Source: a virus
Direction: 5' to 3' (one strand)
Length of the DNA: 64,000 nt
Virus record (IMG/VR): IMGVR_UViG_3300037313_001714
Span: 1-64,000 of that record
Shown here: positions 46,957 to 56,157 of the stretch, one piece after another
Layout: each line of letters begins with the position of its first letter
Numbering within the stretch: position 1 is the stretch's first letter
Translations under genes and position numbers: made by a program
Notes under the pieces: generated by a model
What the model saw: only the letters and a program-made list of their open reading frames with translations
Told to the model about the DNA's origin: nothing
Database searches by the model: none

Positions 46957-47535
46957 TCAGGCAGCAGCAATCACACCGAAGCGGCTTCCCCGCAGCACCG
47001 ACACCAGCCGGCGGAATTCATCCGTGTTGACGCCCGCCTGGATCGCCGCCACGGCGTCGGCCAGGTGCTCGTTCTTGCCGGTGATCGCGCCGCGGTGCAG
47101 CAGCCATGGCGCCGCCGGGAAGCGCGTGGTGGCCCACTCGATCATCTCCTCCTTCGTGGCGGTCTTCTTGCCGAAGCCACCGAGCTTCACCTCGGTTGGC
47201 GTCACCTCGATCATCGGGATGCCGCAGCTGGCGAGCACGCCCACGCAGATGCCGTAGCTGGCCATGGCGCGCGCGCTCTGGCTGCCCACAGGCACCTCCA
47301 CGAAGGCGATGGCCGCGCCCGTGCAAGCCAGCTGCAGCCCGCCGTACAGGATGCGGGCGCGCGCCAGGTCCTGGCAGTTCTTGCGAATCACCTTGCGGGC
47401 CGCCTTGTCGGGCTCCGTGGACACGAGCTTCAGACCCGTGATCTTGAACTCCAGCGTGTCCAGGTCCAGGTCCGCGTGGGCGAACCCCCAGTTGTTCAGG
47501 GACGGGTCCATCCCCACGACTTTCACAGTGCTCAT
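46957..47535 (-). CDS. ruvC: RuvC-like Holliday junction resolvase
   Basis: VVGMDPSL, FVEVP, KEEMI, EHLADAVA. Confidence 0.8.
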   Translation of the reverse strand: MSTVKVVGMDPSLNNWGFAHADLDLDTLEFKITGLKLVSTEPDKAARKVIRKNCQDLARARILYGGLQLACTGAAIAFVEVPVGSQSARAMASYGICVGVLASCGIPMIEVTPTEVKLGGFGKKTATKEEMIEWATTRFPAAPWLLHRGAITGKNEHLADAVAAIQAGVNTDEFRRLVSVLRGSRFGVIAAA

Positions 47536-47771
47536 GGTTTCATCTTTCCGAACAGCGACTTGCCGCTGCGTTTGTTGAGGTAGTGGTCGGCGACCACCAT
47601 CGTGACGAACAGGCCCACGCAGCACAGGCCGGCGAGCACGCCGTAGCCGACGACCAGCATGGGCGGCAGCCACAGCGGCATGGCAACCATCCACCAGGCG
47701 CAGGTAATCAGGCCCTGCACCTTCAGCACGGCCAGCAGGGCCGTCAGGATCACACCGGGGTAGAGGCGCAT
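47532..47771 (-). CDS. small membrane protein
   Basis: 'LLAVLKVQGLITCAWWMVAMPLW'. Confidence 0.6.
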   Translation of the reverse strand: MRLYPGVILTALLAVLKVQGLITCAWWMVAMPLWLPPMLVVGYGVLAGLCCVGLFVTMVVADHYLNKRSGKSLFGKMKP

Positions 47772-47774
47772 GGC

Positions 47775-48413
47775 TCAGAACATCCCGAAGTTGTCGTAGT
47801 CGTCGAACTTGGAGCGGTTGCGCTCCTTCTCTTTGATCTCGCTGGCCTTGCGCGCGAGCGCGTGCAGCTTGTCGGACAGCGTGCTGCCGTCCTCGAACCA
47901 CGTGAGCTGGTCGAAGCCATGCATGTGCGCCAGCGCGTCGTCCACGAACATCTCCATGTGGGCGTACTCGGCGGCCTGCAGCGGCTGGAACTTGATCAGC
48001 ATGCGCTTGCGCTTGCCGATGTAGGCCTCGACCGGCTTGAAGTCCTCGCCGCCCACGTGCGAGACCTTGTGGTAGGTGCCGTTGACGCGGCAGCAGGTCA
48101 GCACCTCCGGGCCGGCCAGCGTGCAGGTGGTGATCGCCTGGTCGGGTTGCGCCGCGAAGTAGGTCGTCAGCTCCTGTGCCAGGTCGGTCAGCTCGGCCTC
48201 CAACAGCATGGCGTCGTCGATGTCGTCGTCGGGTTGAGGTTCGTCCATGGGATTGCTCTTCCATTGAGGGCCGTGAGATGTTTGGACCTTGCGCGACGGC
48301 GCGGGCCGTCGCGGGGCGGCAGCGACCAGCGCCTGGTACTCCGGGTCGTTGGTCGTCATGCCAGGGGTGTTGAGGAACACCTCGAAGGGCGACCTGCCTG
48401 CTGCGCCGGCCAT
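47775..48413 (-). CDS. hypothetical protein, tail ...DNFGMF
   Basis: The start may alternatively be at 48248. Confidence 0.6.
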   Translation of the reverse strand: MAGAAGRSPFEVFLNTPGMTTNDPEYQALVAAAPRRPAPSRKVQTSHGPQWKSNPMDEPQPDDDIDDAMLLEAELTDLAQELTTYFAAQPDQAITTCTLAGPEVLTCCRVNGTYHKVSHVGGEDFKPVEAYIGKRKRMLIKFQPLQAAEYAHMEMFVDDALAHMHGFDQLTWFEDGSTLSDKLHALARKASEIKEKERNRSKFDDYDNFGMF

Positions 48414-48414
48414 G

Positions 48415-50361
48415 TCAGAACGTCGCCACCGTGGCGCCCGTGACGGTGGACTTGCCACCGGACTTCGTGACCGTCACCGTCTGGTCGATCCAGTCGCTCA
48501 GCGAGTTGTGGCTGATCACCAGCACCGTGCCGCGCTCCTTCGCCTTGCGGTCGAGCACGCCCATCAGACGCTCCAGCCCGCTCTCGTCCAGCGCGTGGTC
48601 CACCTCGTCGGCGATGAAGATGTTGATCGGCTTGCTGGCGCGCGAGGCCACCAGGTCCTGCAGCGCCAGCGCGGTGGCGATGCGCACCTTGCGCTTTTCG
48701 CCGCCCGACTGCAGCCCGAAGCTGGCGCCGCCGGTGTCGTTGGCGACGGCGATCGAGAACTTCTCCTTCAGCTCACCCTTCGCGTTGGCGGTGAGCGTGC
48801 TCCAGGTCGCGTGCAGGTTCCCGTCGGCCAATGCACCGAGGTACTCACCGGTCTGGTGGTTCAGAAATGGCGTGACGGTGTCGAGAATGTGCGCGCGCAC
48901 GCCCGCAGGCCCGAACACCGCGCATGCGTCTTTGAGCAGCGCGTGGCGCGCTTCGAGCGCGGCGACGGCGCTGATGGCGAGGTTCAGCTTGCCCTCCAGA
49001 TCCTTCACCGCCTTCTCGCGTGCCGGCAGGTGCGGCGTCCACGGGTTGGGCTCGGTGAGCTTGGCCTTCGCATTGGCTTTGGCAGCGGCGATGGCCTCCA
49101 GATGACGCTTGTGCAGGCGCTCCAGGTCGGCGCGCTCGCCCAGCTGGCGGTTGATGTCGGCCAGCTCCGCGGTGGCCGCGCTCACGTCGGTCATGGTTGC
49201 CTTGTGGTCGTCCAGCGCCTTCTGCGCAGCCGCCACTTCCGCCTTCGCAGTGCGTGCAATGCCCACGAAATACCGCAGGTTCGCCTCGATCGCCTTCAGG
49301 TGCTTGGCGCGGTGCTCGCGCAGGCCATCGAGGTCGTGCTCGCTGTACGGCTTGCCGCACTCCGAGCACGCCGTGCCAACCTTGTCGGCGACATACGCCA
49401 GCGCCTGTTTGGCGTCGTCGTAGTTCATCTTGGCGTTGCGCGCGTCACTGCTCGCGACGGCGTCGTGCATGTGGGCCTTACCCAGCGCCCTTTGCAGGCG
49501 CTCCAGCTCGTCCTGCTCGCCCTTCACGCCGGCGATCTGCGCTTCCAGATCGAGCTTGCGCCGCCCGAGCGGCAGCGCCGCGATCGCGGCGATCTTGACT
49601 TGCAGGTCGTTCGCGTTGGCCGTCAGCGCCGGCACGTTGCCAACCTCCGCAGCCGCCCTGCCCTTGCGTCCCGCTTCGAACTCCTTCGCCTGGTCCTGGT
49701 AGTTGGCCAGCGTGTCGCGCGCTGCGTCCAGCTGGATCTGCAGGTGGTCGCGCTCGTTGTAGGCCACCGCCAGGTTCTTCTCGACGGCCGTCGCCTGCTT
49801 GCCCGCTTCGGCGTACGCCGCGGCCAGCTCCTCGACGCCGGCGGCCTCCTCGACCAGGAGCTTGAGGAACTTGTCCGTCATGCCAGGCAGGTCGGGCATC
49901 TGTTCCTGGCCGGCGTAGACGCTGCCCTTGAAGACTTCCAGCGAGCAGCCCATCACCTTGGCGATGACCTCCTGCGTTTCGCGCTCGGTGCCCTTGTGCA
50001 GCGGCGTGCTGGTGCCGCTGGCGTCGATCTGGTGGACAAACAGCGCGTTCTTGTGGACGTTGTGCTTGCGAAAGCGCCAGATTTGGTACGTGATGCCGCC
50101 GTCCTCCAGCAGCACCTTGACGGCGCAGTCCTTCTTGGCCTTGCTGTTGACGATGGCGTCCCCGCTCTCGCCGCGCGCGGTGGTGCCGTACAGGCACCAG
50201 CACAGCGCGTCCACGATCGAGGACTTGCCCGCGCCGTTGGACTTCGCGCTCGAGTCGTCGGCGTTGACACCCTGCACCAGGATCAGGCCACGGTTGTCCA
50301 GCTCCAGATGGGCGTCGCCGATGGCGCAGAAGTTGTGGATGTCCAGTGCCTTGATGTCCAT
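48415..50361 (-). CDS. sbcC: SbcC/Rad50/gp46-like SMC ATPase
   Basis: NGAGKSS Walker A, CSEC zinc hook, QSGGEKRK signature, FIADEVD Walker B. Confidence 0.92.
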   Translation of the reverse strand: MDIKALDIHNFCAIGDAHLELDNRGLILVQGVNADDSSAKSNGAGKSSIVDALCWCLYGTTARGESGDAIVNSKAKKDCAVKVLLEDGGITYQIWRFRKHNVHKNALFVHQIDASGTSTPLHKGTERETQEVIAKVMGCSLEVFKGSVYAGQEQMPDLPGMTDKFLKLLVEEAAGVEELAAAYAEAGKQATAVEKNLAVAYNERDHLQIQLDAARDTLANYQDQAKEFEAGRKGRAAAEVGNVPALTANANDLQVKIAAIAALPLGRRKLDLEAQIAGVKGEQDELERLQRALGKAHMHDAVASSDARNAKMNYDDAKQALAYVADKVGTACSECGKPYSEHDLDGLREHRAKHLKAIEANLRYFVGIARTAKAEVAAAQKALDDHKATMTDVSAATAELADINRQLGERADLERLHKRHLEAIAAAKANAKAKLTEPNPWTPHLPAREKAVKDLEGKLNLAISAVAALEARHALLKDACAVFGPAGVRAHILDTVTPFLNHQTGEYLGALADGNLHATWSTLTANAKGELKEKFSIAVANDTGGASFGLQSGGEKRKVRIATALALQDLVASRASKPINIFIADEVDHALDESGLERLMGVLDRKAKERGTVLVISHNSLSDWIDQTVTVTKSGGKSTVTGATVATF

Positions 50362-50729
50362 CAGAACTCCCCGCTCATTTCCGCCTGCTCCTCGCGCAGA
50401 GCGTCGATGGCGCGTTGCGGCACGCGGTAACCCATGGCGCGCATCTGCTCGAGGCGGTCCGCCATCTCACCGGGCGTTGCTGTGATGAAGTCGTCCACGT
50501 GCGGCACGCCCAGTGGCACCATCGTCTCGTGGTCCAGCATCGCCGACACCTTCTGGTGGCGCTCGAGCCATTCCGCCATGTGCTCCTGGTCGAACGACAC
50601 CTCGGGCGGCAGCGGCTCCTTGAAGACGTACTTCAAGCCCGCGACGTGGCACTGCCAGCCGCCCATGCAGCTTTCGTACACGTACACGTCGCACTGGAAG
50701 TCGTCGGTGGAAAAGCGGCAGTAGCTCAT
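50361..50729 (-). CDS. hypothetical protein, tail ...MSGEF
   Basis: Start MSYCRFS; inserted between sbcD and sbcC. Confidence 0.65.
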   Translation of the reverse strand: MSYCRFSTDDFQCDVYVYESCMGGWQCHVAGLKYVFKEPLPPEVSFDQEHMAEWLERHQKVSAMLDHETMVPLGVPHVDDFITATPGEMADRLEQMRAMGYRVPQRAIDALREEQAEMSGEF

Positions 50730-51817
50730 GCAACACTCCTGACGGTGGTGAGGATGTCCTGGCACAGCGTCTGCAGCTCCGCGGGCTTCGCGAAGTGCGG
50801 CTGCGCCTTGATGTAGTCGCCGATCGACTGCTCGATGCTGGTGCCGGCCTTGTAGGTGGCCCCGGTGCGGGTCGCGCCGGTGGTCGTCTTCTCGCTCAGG
50901 ACCACCACGCCCAGTGCGCCCGCGTCCATCAGGAACTGGCGGGTCGCTTCGACGTCGGCGCTCTTGCTGCTGTTGATCGTGATGCGCACGTAGTTGCCGT
51001 CGGCCACCAGCGGGATGTCGGCGGGCGGCACACTGCCGTCGATCTCGACGAAGCGCGGCGCGTTGGTGCTGTGCCACTTCACCTCGTCGTCATCGACGAT
51101 GAGAAAGCCCGCCTGGCTGCCGATGTCGCTCCAGGTCTGGTGGGTGGTCGCGCCGATCGAGTAGACGCTGCGCGCCACGCTTCCCGGCTTGAGGTCCACC
51201 GCCATCTGCTTGTGGTGGTGGTAGTGGCCCGCGAGCACCCGCCGGAAGCCGCGCGCGAGCAGCCAGTCGGCGTCCAGCCCGTGGTCCGGCAGACCCTTGA
51301 TGACGCCGTCCACCGGCGCGTGGATGATGAGGTCGGTCTCCACCGGGTCGGTGCAGTGCGCCGCCACCTCGTCGATCGTGTCCTTCAGCTCATTGATGGC
51401 GGCGTGCCAGGGCACCAGCACGACGTCGCCGACGCGCTCACCGCTGGGCGTGTTCACCACCTGGCAGCCGATGCCGCGCATCGCGGTGATGGCGCTGGAG
51501 ACGTCTTCGGCGGTGCGGCCTTCCAGGTCGTGGTTGCCCGCAAGCAGGATCGTCTGCACGCCCAGCTTGTCGTGGATGTCCCGATACAGGTCCATCGTGG
51601 GGTTCAGCACCGAGGGGGCCAGGTTGCCGCGCACGTGAAACAGGTCGCCCGCGTGGAAGAGCCGGTAGCCGCCGGCAGCCTTCACCGCTTCGGCGGCGCG
51701 CCAGGTCTCGTCCAGGATGGTCTGCAGCCGGCTGTTTACGCCGCTGGGCAGCGTGGTGGCGAAGGCAGACCACGCATGGTTATGGCTGTCCGAAATGACG
51801 CCGTACGGCTTGCTCAT
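50726..51817 (-). CDS. sbcD: SbcD/Mre11/gp47-like metallophosphoesterase nuclease
   Basis: ISDSH, AGDLFH, GNHD, GHYH. Confidence 0.9.
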   Translation of the reverse strand: MSKPYGVISDSHNHAWSAFATTLPSGVNSRLQTILDETWRAAEAVKAAGGYRLFHAGDLFHVRGNLAPSVLNPTMDLYRDIHDKLGVQTILLAGNHDLEGRTAEDVSSAITAMRGIGCQVVNTPSGERVGDVVLVPWHAAINELKDTIDEVAAHCTDPVETDLIIHAPVDGVIKGLPDHGLDADWLLARGFRRVLAGHYHHHKQMAVDLKPGSVARSVYSIGATTHQTWSDIGSQAGFLIVDDDEVKWHSTNAPRFVEIDGSVPPADIPLVADGNYVRITINSSKSADVEATRQFLMDAGALGVVVLSEKTTTGATRTGATYKAGTSIEQSIGDYIKAQPHFAKPAELQTLCQDILTTVRSVA

Positions 51818-51909
51818 GTCGCTCCTGAAGTCATCGGTGACTTTGCATCATGGGCGCACGAATCCCGCGCGCCCGGTTTGTTCATTATACGCAGTAAGTC
51901 AGGCGTGAG

Positions 51910-52290
51910 TCACCTGACGGGGAACGCCAGATCAATCTTCCTGGGATCGTTCGCGGGGTCGACGGCGAAGTGCGTGCAACGCACGCCCCGCTCCAGGCCC
52001 AGCGGCGTGCGCGTGACGAAGCTCTTCTCGGGATGGAAGAAGTCCTCCAGCGGCGACAGCCACACGCACTTCTTGCCGCCCCGCCTGGCCACCACGCCCA
52101 CGTGCAGGAAGCCCTGCTCGCGGCAGCGCGCCAGCGTGCCGGTGTCGATGCTCCAGCCGTTGAATTTGCGATTGAGGTGGCGCATCTGCCGGTGCGCCAG
52201 GTAGATCCGGTGGCCGCCCTCGGTCTCGTAGTAGATGCCCAGCAACTTGCCATTGAGCGTGTGCCGTGTGCGCGCTACACGATGGGCCAT
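51910..52290 (-). CDS. hypothetical protein
   Basis: 126 aa ORF. Confidence 0.6.
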   Translation of the reverse strand: MAHRVARTRHTLNGKLLGIYYETEGGHRIYLAHRQMRHLNRKFNGWSIDTGTLARCREQGFLHVGVVARRGGKKCVWLSPLEDFFHPEKSFVTRTPLGLERGVRCTHFAVDPANDPRKIDLAFPVR

Positions 52291-52292
52291 GA

Positions 52293-52607
52293 TCAGAACT
52301 CACCCCAGTCGGCGTAGTGGGTGAGCGTCGTGTTCTCTTGCGCAGTGGCCTGCGCCTGCGTCACCGGGCCGTCGGCCACCGGCGGCGCCCACGGCTGATA
52401 CTTTCGCTGGAGCTGCCTGCTTTTTCGAATTTCGTTGTCCAAAAGAATCGAGACTTCCGGACTAAAGAAACGCGCATCTCCGTTTTCATCCTTGCGCGTC
52501 TGCCGCAGCCACACCAAATACCCCGGCGCCTCCTTGAGCAAACTCCCCACCGTCTGGCCCTTGTGCTTCCCGAAGGGCATGGTGTCCGTAAGATGTAGCA
52601 ATCCCAT
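52293..52607 (-). CDS. DUF3820-like (MPFGKHKG) small protein, tail ...DWGEF
   Basis: 'MPFGKHKGQTVGSLLKEAPGYLVWL'. Confidence 0.7.
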   Translation of the reverse strand: MGLLHLTDTMPFGKHKGQTVGSLLKEAPGYLVWLRQTRKDENGDARFFSPEVSILLDNEIRKSRQLQRKYQPWAPPVADGPVTQAQATAQENTTLTHYADWGEF

Positions 52608-52959
52608 TTGGCAGTCGCTGTAAGTAAACGACTGTGGTCCTCTTAGTCTCTGTGGCTATCTGTGGGCCATAGAGTTTCTGGAGATACTCAAACAGTCTTT
52701 GGCAGGCGTGATCCGGGTCCGGCTTTCCTTTTTCCCGATGGTTCTCTTTGGCGTGCAAAAGACAAAGCTGCATTAGCGTGCCGGTATGAACCGCCTTCAC
52801 TAAGGCCCGGCCGAAGACGATCTTTGCCTTTTCCTCCATCAAGAAAACCTCCTGACCAGGCCGCAAGCGCTTCGACAGCGCAATGCCTAATCGGAAGGTG
52901 TTGAATTCGCCGTCGACTCCCTCGATCGGCGGGGCGAATCCAATCAGCTGAACGTGCAT
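52486..52959 (-). CDS. possible ASCH/PUA-like protein (lower GC)
   Basis: 'EFNTFRLG...RPGQEVFL...FGRALV'. Its stop lies about 120 nt inside the next gene. Confidence 0.45.
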   Translation of the reverse strand: MHVQLIGFAPPIEGVDGEFNTFRLGIALSKRLRPGQEVFLMEEKAKIVFGRALVKAVHTGTLMQLCLLHAKENHREKGKPDPDHACQRLFEYLQKLYGPQIATETKRTTVVYLQRLPNGIATSYGHHALREAQGPDGGEFAQGGAGVFGVAAADAQG

Positions 52960-53049
52960 GCCTAAACCCCCAACAGACTGCCTTAAATGAGACTATTTAA
53001 GAGCAGAGTGTAGCGGTCTAAGCTACGTTAGTCGGATTAAAACAGTCGC

Positions 53050-54063
53050 TTACGAGCCCAACAAAGCTGTCAGTTTAGGCATAAGAGAGTCGGCCCTAAT
53101 CAGCTCGGCGAAGGCCTTTTTGCTCAACTGTTTGCCGTCCCACTTAACGAAGCCTTTGGTCGGCACTTCGATCTTGCCGGCCTCCATCAAGGATTCAACC
53201 ATCGAATATTCACGGTCGAAATAAGCAGTGCCGTTTTCATCAAAGGACATCCGCATGGCGGTCTCCTTGAACGGCTTAGTGAACTTGGTTTTCACCACCT
53301 GGATGCCGATCTTCTGTGCAACAAATTCCTTGCTGCCATTGACCTGCTGCATGACCTTTTCGCGACCGAGCGCCAGGCGGGCCGACGCATAGAACTCCAT
53401 CGCCTTGCCGCCGGGCGTGGTGCGCGGGTCGCCGTAGACGACACCCGGCTTCAGACGCATCTGGTTGAGGTAGATGAACATGGCGTTGTAACGCTCGGCG
53501 TACATCGCCATCGCTTTGAGCGTCGTGGAGGTGACACGGGCCAGCGCCGTCGTGTCATTCATGTTGTAGTCGGCGAACGGTTTGGTGCCGATGCTGTCGG
53601 GAATGGCTGAGGCGATCGAATCGAAGCCGACCACGATCGGCGCCTCGGGCGCAATCACCTTCTTCTCGCGCAGCCAGTGGCAATACAGCGCAGCGCGGGT
53701 GTTGCCCTGCTCCCACGAATTGTTGGGCGGCCGGTGGTAGTACCAGTAGGGCCGCTCGTCCGACATCTTGTAGCCGTCCTTGGCCAGATCGATGTTGAAG
53801 GTGCGCTCCCAGTCGATGAAGGCGGCCGCGCCACCCATGCGCTGGGCCTGCGCCATCACGTCGGTGAGGATCGCGGTCTTGCCGGTGCCGCTCTCGCCGA
53901 AGATTTCATACATGCGGCCGAACACCCAGCCGCCGTCGTATTTCCCGGTCATCGCCTCGTTGAGCGGCGGGAAGCCGGTGTCCAGATAGACGAGGTTCAA
54001 CCCGTCGTCCTCTTCGGGAAAGGCCTTGTCGAAGTCGGCAATCAATGCTGCGCTGGCACTCAT
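53050..54063 (-). CDS. recA: RecA/UvsX-family recombinase
   Basis: GESGTGKT Walker A, IDWER, FDSIA, NQMR, TPGGKAMEFYASARL. Confidence 0.93.
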   Translation of the reverse strand: MSASAALIADFDKAFPEEDDGLNLVYLDTGFPPLNEAMTGKYDGGWVFGRMYEIFGESGTGKTAILTDVMAQAQRMGGAAAFIDWERTFNIDLAKDGYKMSDERPYWYYHRPPNNSWEQGNTRAALYCHWLREKKVIAPEAPIVVGFDSIASAIPDSIGTKPFADYNMNDTTALARVTSTTLKAMAMYAERYNAMFIYLNQMRLKPGVVYGDPRTTPGGKAMEFYASARLALGREKVMQQVNGSKEFVAQKIGIQVVKTKFTKPFKETAMRMSFDENGTAYFDREYSMVESLMEAGKIEVPTKGFVKWDGKQLSKKAFAELIRADSLMPKLTALLGS

Positions 54064-55082
54064 GTGGAAAGTTCCTTTGGTTTGAAATGGTCGAGGTAGG
54101 CGTCGAGCTGCTTGAGGATCGAGGCGAAGGCCAGCTCCTCGCAGATCGCGGCGAAGGCCTCGGGATCGAAGCAGCCCTTGTCGACATGGATGTCGGCGGG
54201 GTTGGGTGGCGTGACCTTCAGCAGCTGCATGAGCTGGAAGTTGCGCCGGAAGATGGCGCGACCCTGGCCGGGCCAGGCGTCCTGGTGTTTCTTGAGCGCC
54301 TTCGCGTCGGTCGGGTCGCCCGCATACAGCGCGGCCCAGGCCTCCTTGTCGTGCTCGCACTCGCCCCGCCACAAGCTCTTTTCGGCCTTGCTCTTGGGCT
54401 TGTACGCGCCGCTGTCGCACTGACGCCAGAACTCGCGCACGCTGCCGAAGGTGGCGATCAGCTCGATCGCGCCCTTCTCGCCGATGCCGCCCACGCCGCT
54501 GATGACGTCCGAGCTGTCGCCCATGAGACATTTGCGCTCGAGGAACTGCAGCGGCGTGCGGCAGCCCGTCCATTCGTAGAAGTTGCGGGCCGTGACCAGG
54601 CGCGAGCCGTCGCGCATGTCGCGCCAGAAGACGTTGCGCCGCACGAACTGCAGCCAGTCACCGTCGCCGGTGATGCAGCCGATGCGGTGACGCGGATCGA
54701 CGCTGAGCTTGCGCACGAAGTGGCCGGCCAGGTCGTCGGCCTCGTGAGTGAACGCCGTGATCTGGCGGATGCCCAGGTGCCGCAGCAGACCCTGGATGTA
54801 GGGCTTCTGGCTGGCGTAGGCCTCCTTCATGGCCACCCGCTCGGGCGTCGAGCGCCGGTTGCTCTTGTAGTCCGGGTGCAGCGCGAAGCGCCACTCGGCG
54901 CGGCCGTCCCACAGCACCAGCGGCGTCGCGCCGGGATAGTCCTGGCGCAGCGTGCGCATGTCGATCAGCATCCCGTAGGCGGCCTGCGTGGGCTGGCTGC
55001 CCGAGGTCAGCTTGGTGGCTTGCTGCCAGGCGTAGCCCAGCGCATTGCCGTCCACCAGCAACGTGAACTTGTCGTAGTTCAT
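54060..55082 (-). CDS. 5'-3' exonuclease / flap endonuclease (PolI N-terminal / T5 D15 / T4 RNase H type)
   Basis: LLVDGN, YKSNR, EADD, TGDGD, GDSSDVISGVGGIGEK (H3TH). Confidence 0.9.
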   Translation of the reverse strand: MNYDKFTLLVDGNALGYAWQQATKLTSGSQPTQAAYGMLIDMRTLRQDYPGATPLVLWDGRAEWRFALHPDYKSNRRSTPERVAMKEAYASQKPYIQGLLRHLGIRQITAFTHEADDLAGHFVRKLSVDPRHRIGCITGDGDWLQFVRRNVFWRDMRDGSRLVTARNFYEWTGCRTPLQFLERKCLMGDSSDVISGVGGIGEKGAIELIATFGSVREFWRQCDSGAYKPKSKAEKSLWRGECEHDKEAWAALYAGDPTDAKALKKHQDAWPGQGRAIFRRNFQLMQLLKVTPPNPADIHVDKGCFDPEAFAAICEELAFASILKQLDAYLDHFKPKELST

Positions 55083-55090
55083 GAACAAGG

Positions 55091-55170
55091 AGGTCGCGTG
55101 TGGGACTCGAACCCACCTGGCGGAGCGAAGCGGGAAGCTCCGCGGGCCTCACCCGAAGCCGAACGCGACC
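55091..55170 (-). ncRNA. tRNA-like cloverleaf with non-canonical 8-bp acceptor stem and 7-bp/10-nt anticodon arm
   Basis: GGTCGCGT/ACGCGACC acceptor; GGCTT-CGGGTG-AGGCC D-arm; GCGGAGC-TTCCCGCTTC-GCTCCGC; GTGGG-TTCGAGT-CCCAC T-arm; no encoded CCA. Confidence 0.7.
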
Positions 55171-55179
55171 GTGTCCGCT

Positions 55180-56022
55180 TTACGCGGTCGTGTCGATGTC
55201 GCCCAGCAGGTCGTCCAGCTCGGCGTCGAGGGCGACACCGGCGTCCGGTGCAGTGCGGGCGGCGCCCGCGGCGCCGTTGCCGTTCACGCGCGCGCCGATC
55301 GGGGCGGCCGCCGGACGCGGCAGGGCCGTGGTCGGGGTCGCGGGCGCTGCGCCCGGTGCCGGCAGCAGGCCAGCGACCGTGTTCAGGGCCGCCAGGGCGC
55401 GCTGCTCGCCCTCGGTGCTGTCCTGCTTCACGTAGTCATCCAGGTCCGTCACCTTGTCCTGCACAGCCTTCGGGATCGGCGTGCCAGGCTTCATGCTCAT
55501 GGTGGTGGTGTAGCGCGTGTTCAGACCCGTGCCTTCGCGGTTCACGACGATTTCGTGCCCCTTCTCGGGGTCCAACACGGCTTCCGCGCCGTTCTCGATG
55601 ATCATTTCGAAGATTTGCGTCAGCACCTGCTGCGCCACTTTCGTCACCTTCGGCGTGTTGGGCTCGGACGAGTCCAGGTGCAGCGCGTTGACGAGGTGTT
55701 CCTTGCTGGACTTGGACTTCGCGAGGACTTCGGTTGTGGTGTCGTCCGGGGCGCTGGCGATCAGCGCGCGCAGCGCGTTGCAGGTGTTGCACGGCTTGCC
55801 GTCGGTGGCAGCGGCGCAGACATAGACGGCCTGGAGTTCATCGGCCGCGTTCTTGATGAAGTGCTGGCCGAAGTCGCGCCAGAACTGCTCGGGGTTCTTC
55901 GGGTTCCAGCCGGCGAACAGCCGGATGCGGTTCTTGCCTTGGTTGAAGCCGGCGGCGCGCTCGATGCGCTTCATGGCTTGTTTCTTGGAGGCGATCAGGG
56001 CAGCGATTTTTGCGGCGTCCAT
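55180..56022 (-). CDS. gp32-like single-stranded DNA-binding protein
   Basis: 'GKNRIRL..W...FWRDFGQHF...C...CNTC...NTRY', acidic C-terminal tail; located between mediator and recombinase genes. Confidence 0.7.
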   Translation of the reverse strand: MDAAKIAALIASKKQAMKRIERAAGFNQGKNRIRLFAGWNPKNPEQFWRDFGQHFIKNAADELQAVYVCAAATDGKPCNTCNALRALIASAPDDTTTEVLAKSKSSKEHLVNALHLDSSEPNTPKVTKVAQQVLTQIFEMIIENGAEAVLDPEKGHEIVVNREGTGLNTRYTTTMSMKPGTPIPKAVQDKVTDLDDYVKQDSTEGEQRALAALNTVAGLLPAPGAAPATPTTALPRPAAAPIGARVNGNGAAGAARTAPDAGVALDAELDDLLGDIDTTA

Positions 56023-56157
56023 GTGGTGTGTGACAGCAGTAAAGAGGTTGAAGAGATGGCAGGTTTGCAGGTGCTTCTCGACGCGGTCGCCCGCGTCAAT
56101 CGCACCCGACATTATACCTCACCGGTGACTTACTGACGAGCCCGAGTCCGCGGGCCT

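Noticed and set aside
55091-55170. Canonical tRNA gene
   Set aside because: The 8-bp acceptor, 7-bp anticodon stem with 10-nt loop and missing CCA do not fit a standard tRNA, so it is reported as a tRNA-like ncRNA.
55100-55435. Plus-strand ORF with a perfect AAGGAGG SD (55087-55093)
   Set aside because: It is antisense to the SSB gene and the cloverleaf, with a low-complexity translation. The SD is more simply the complement of the tRNA-like 3' tail.
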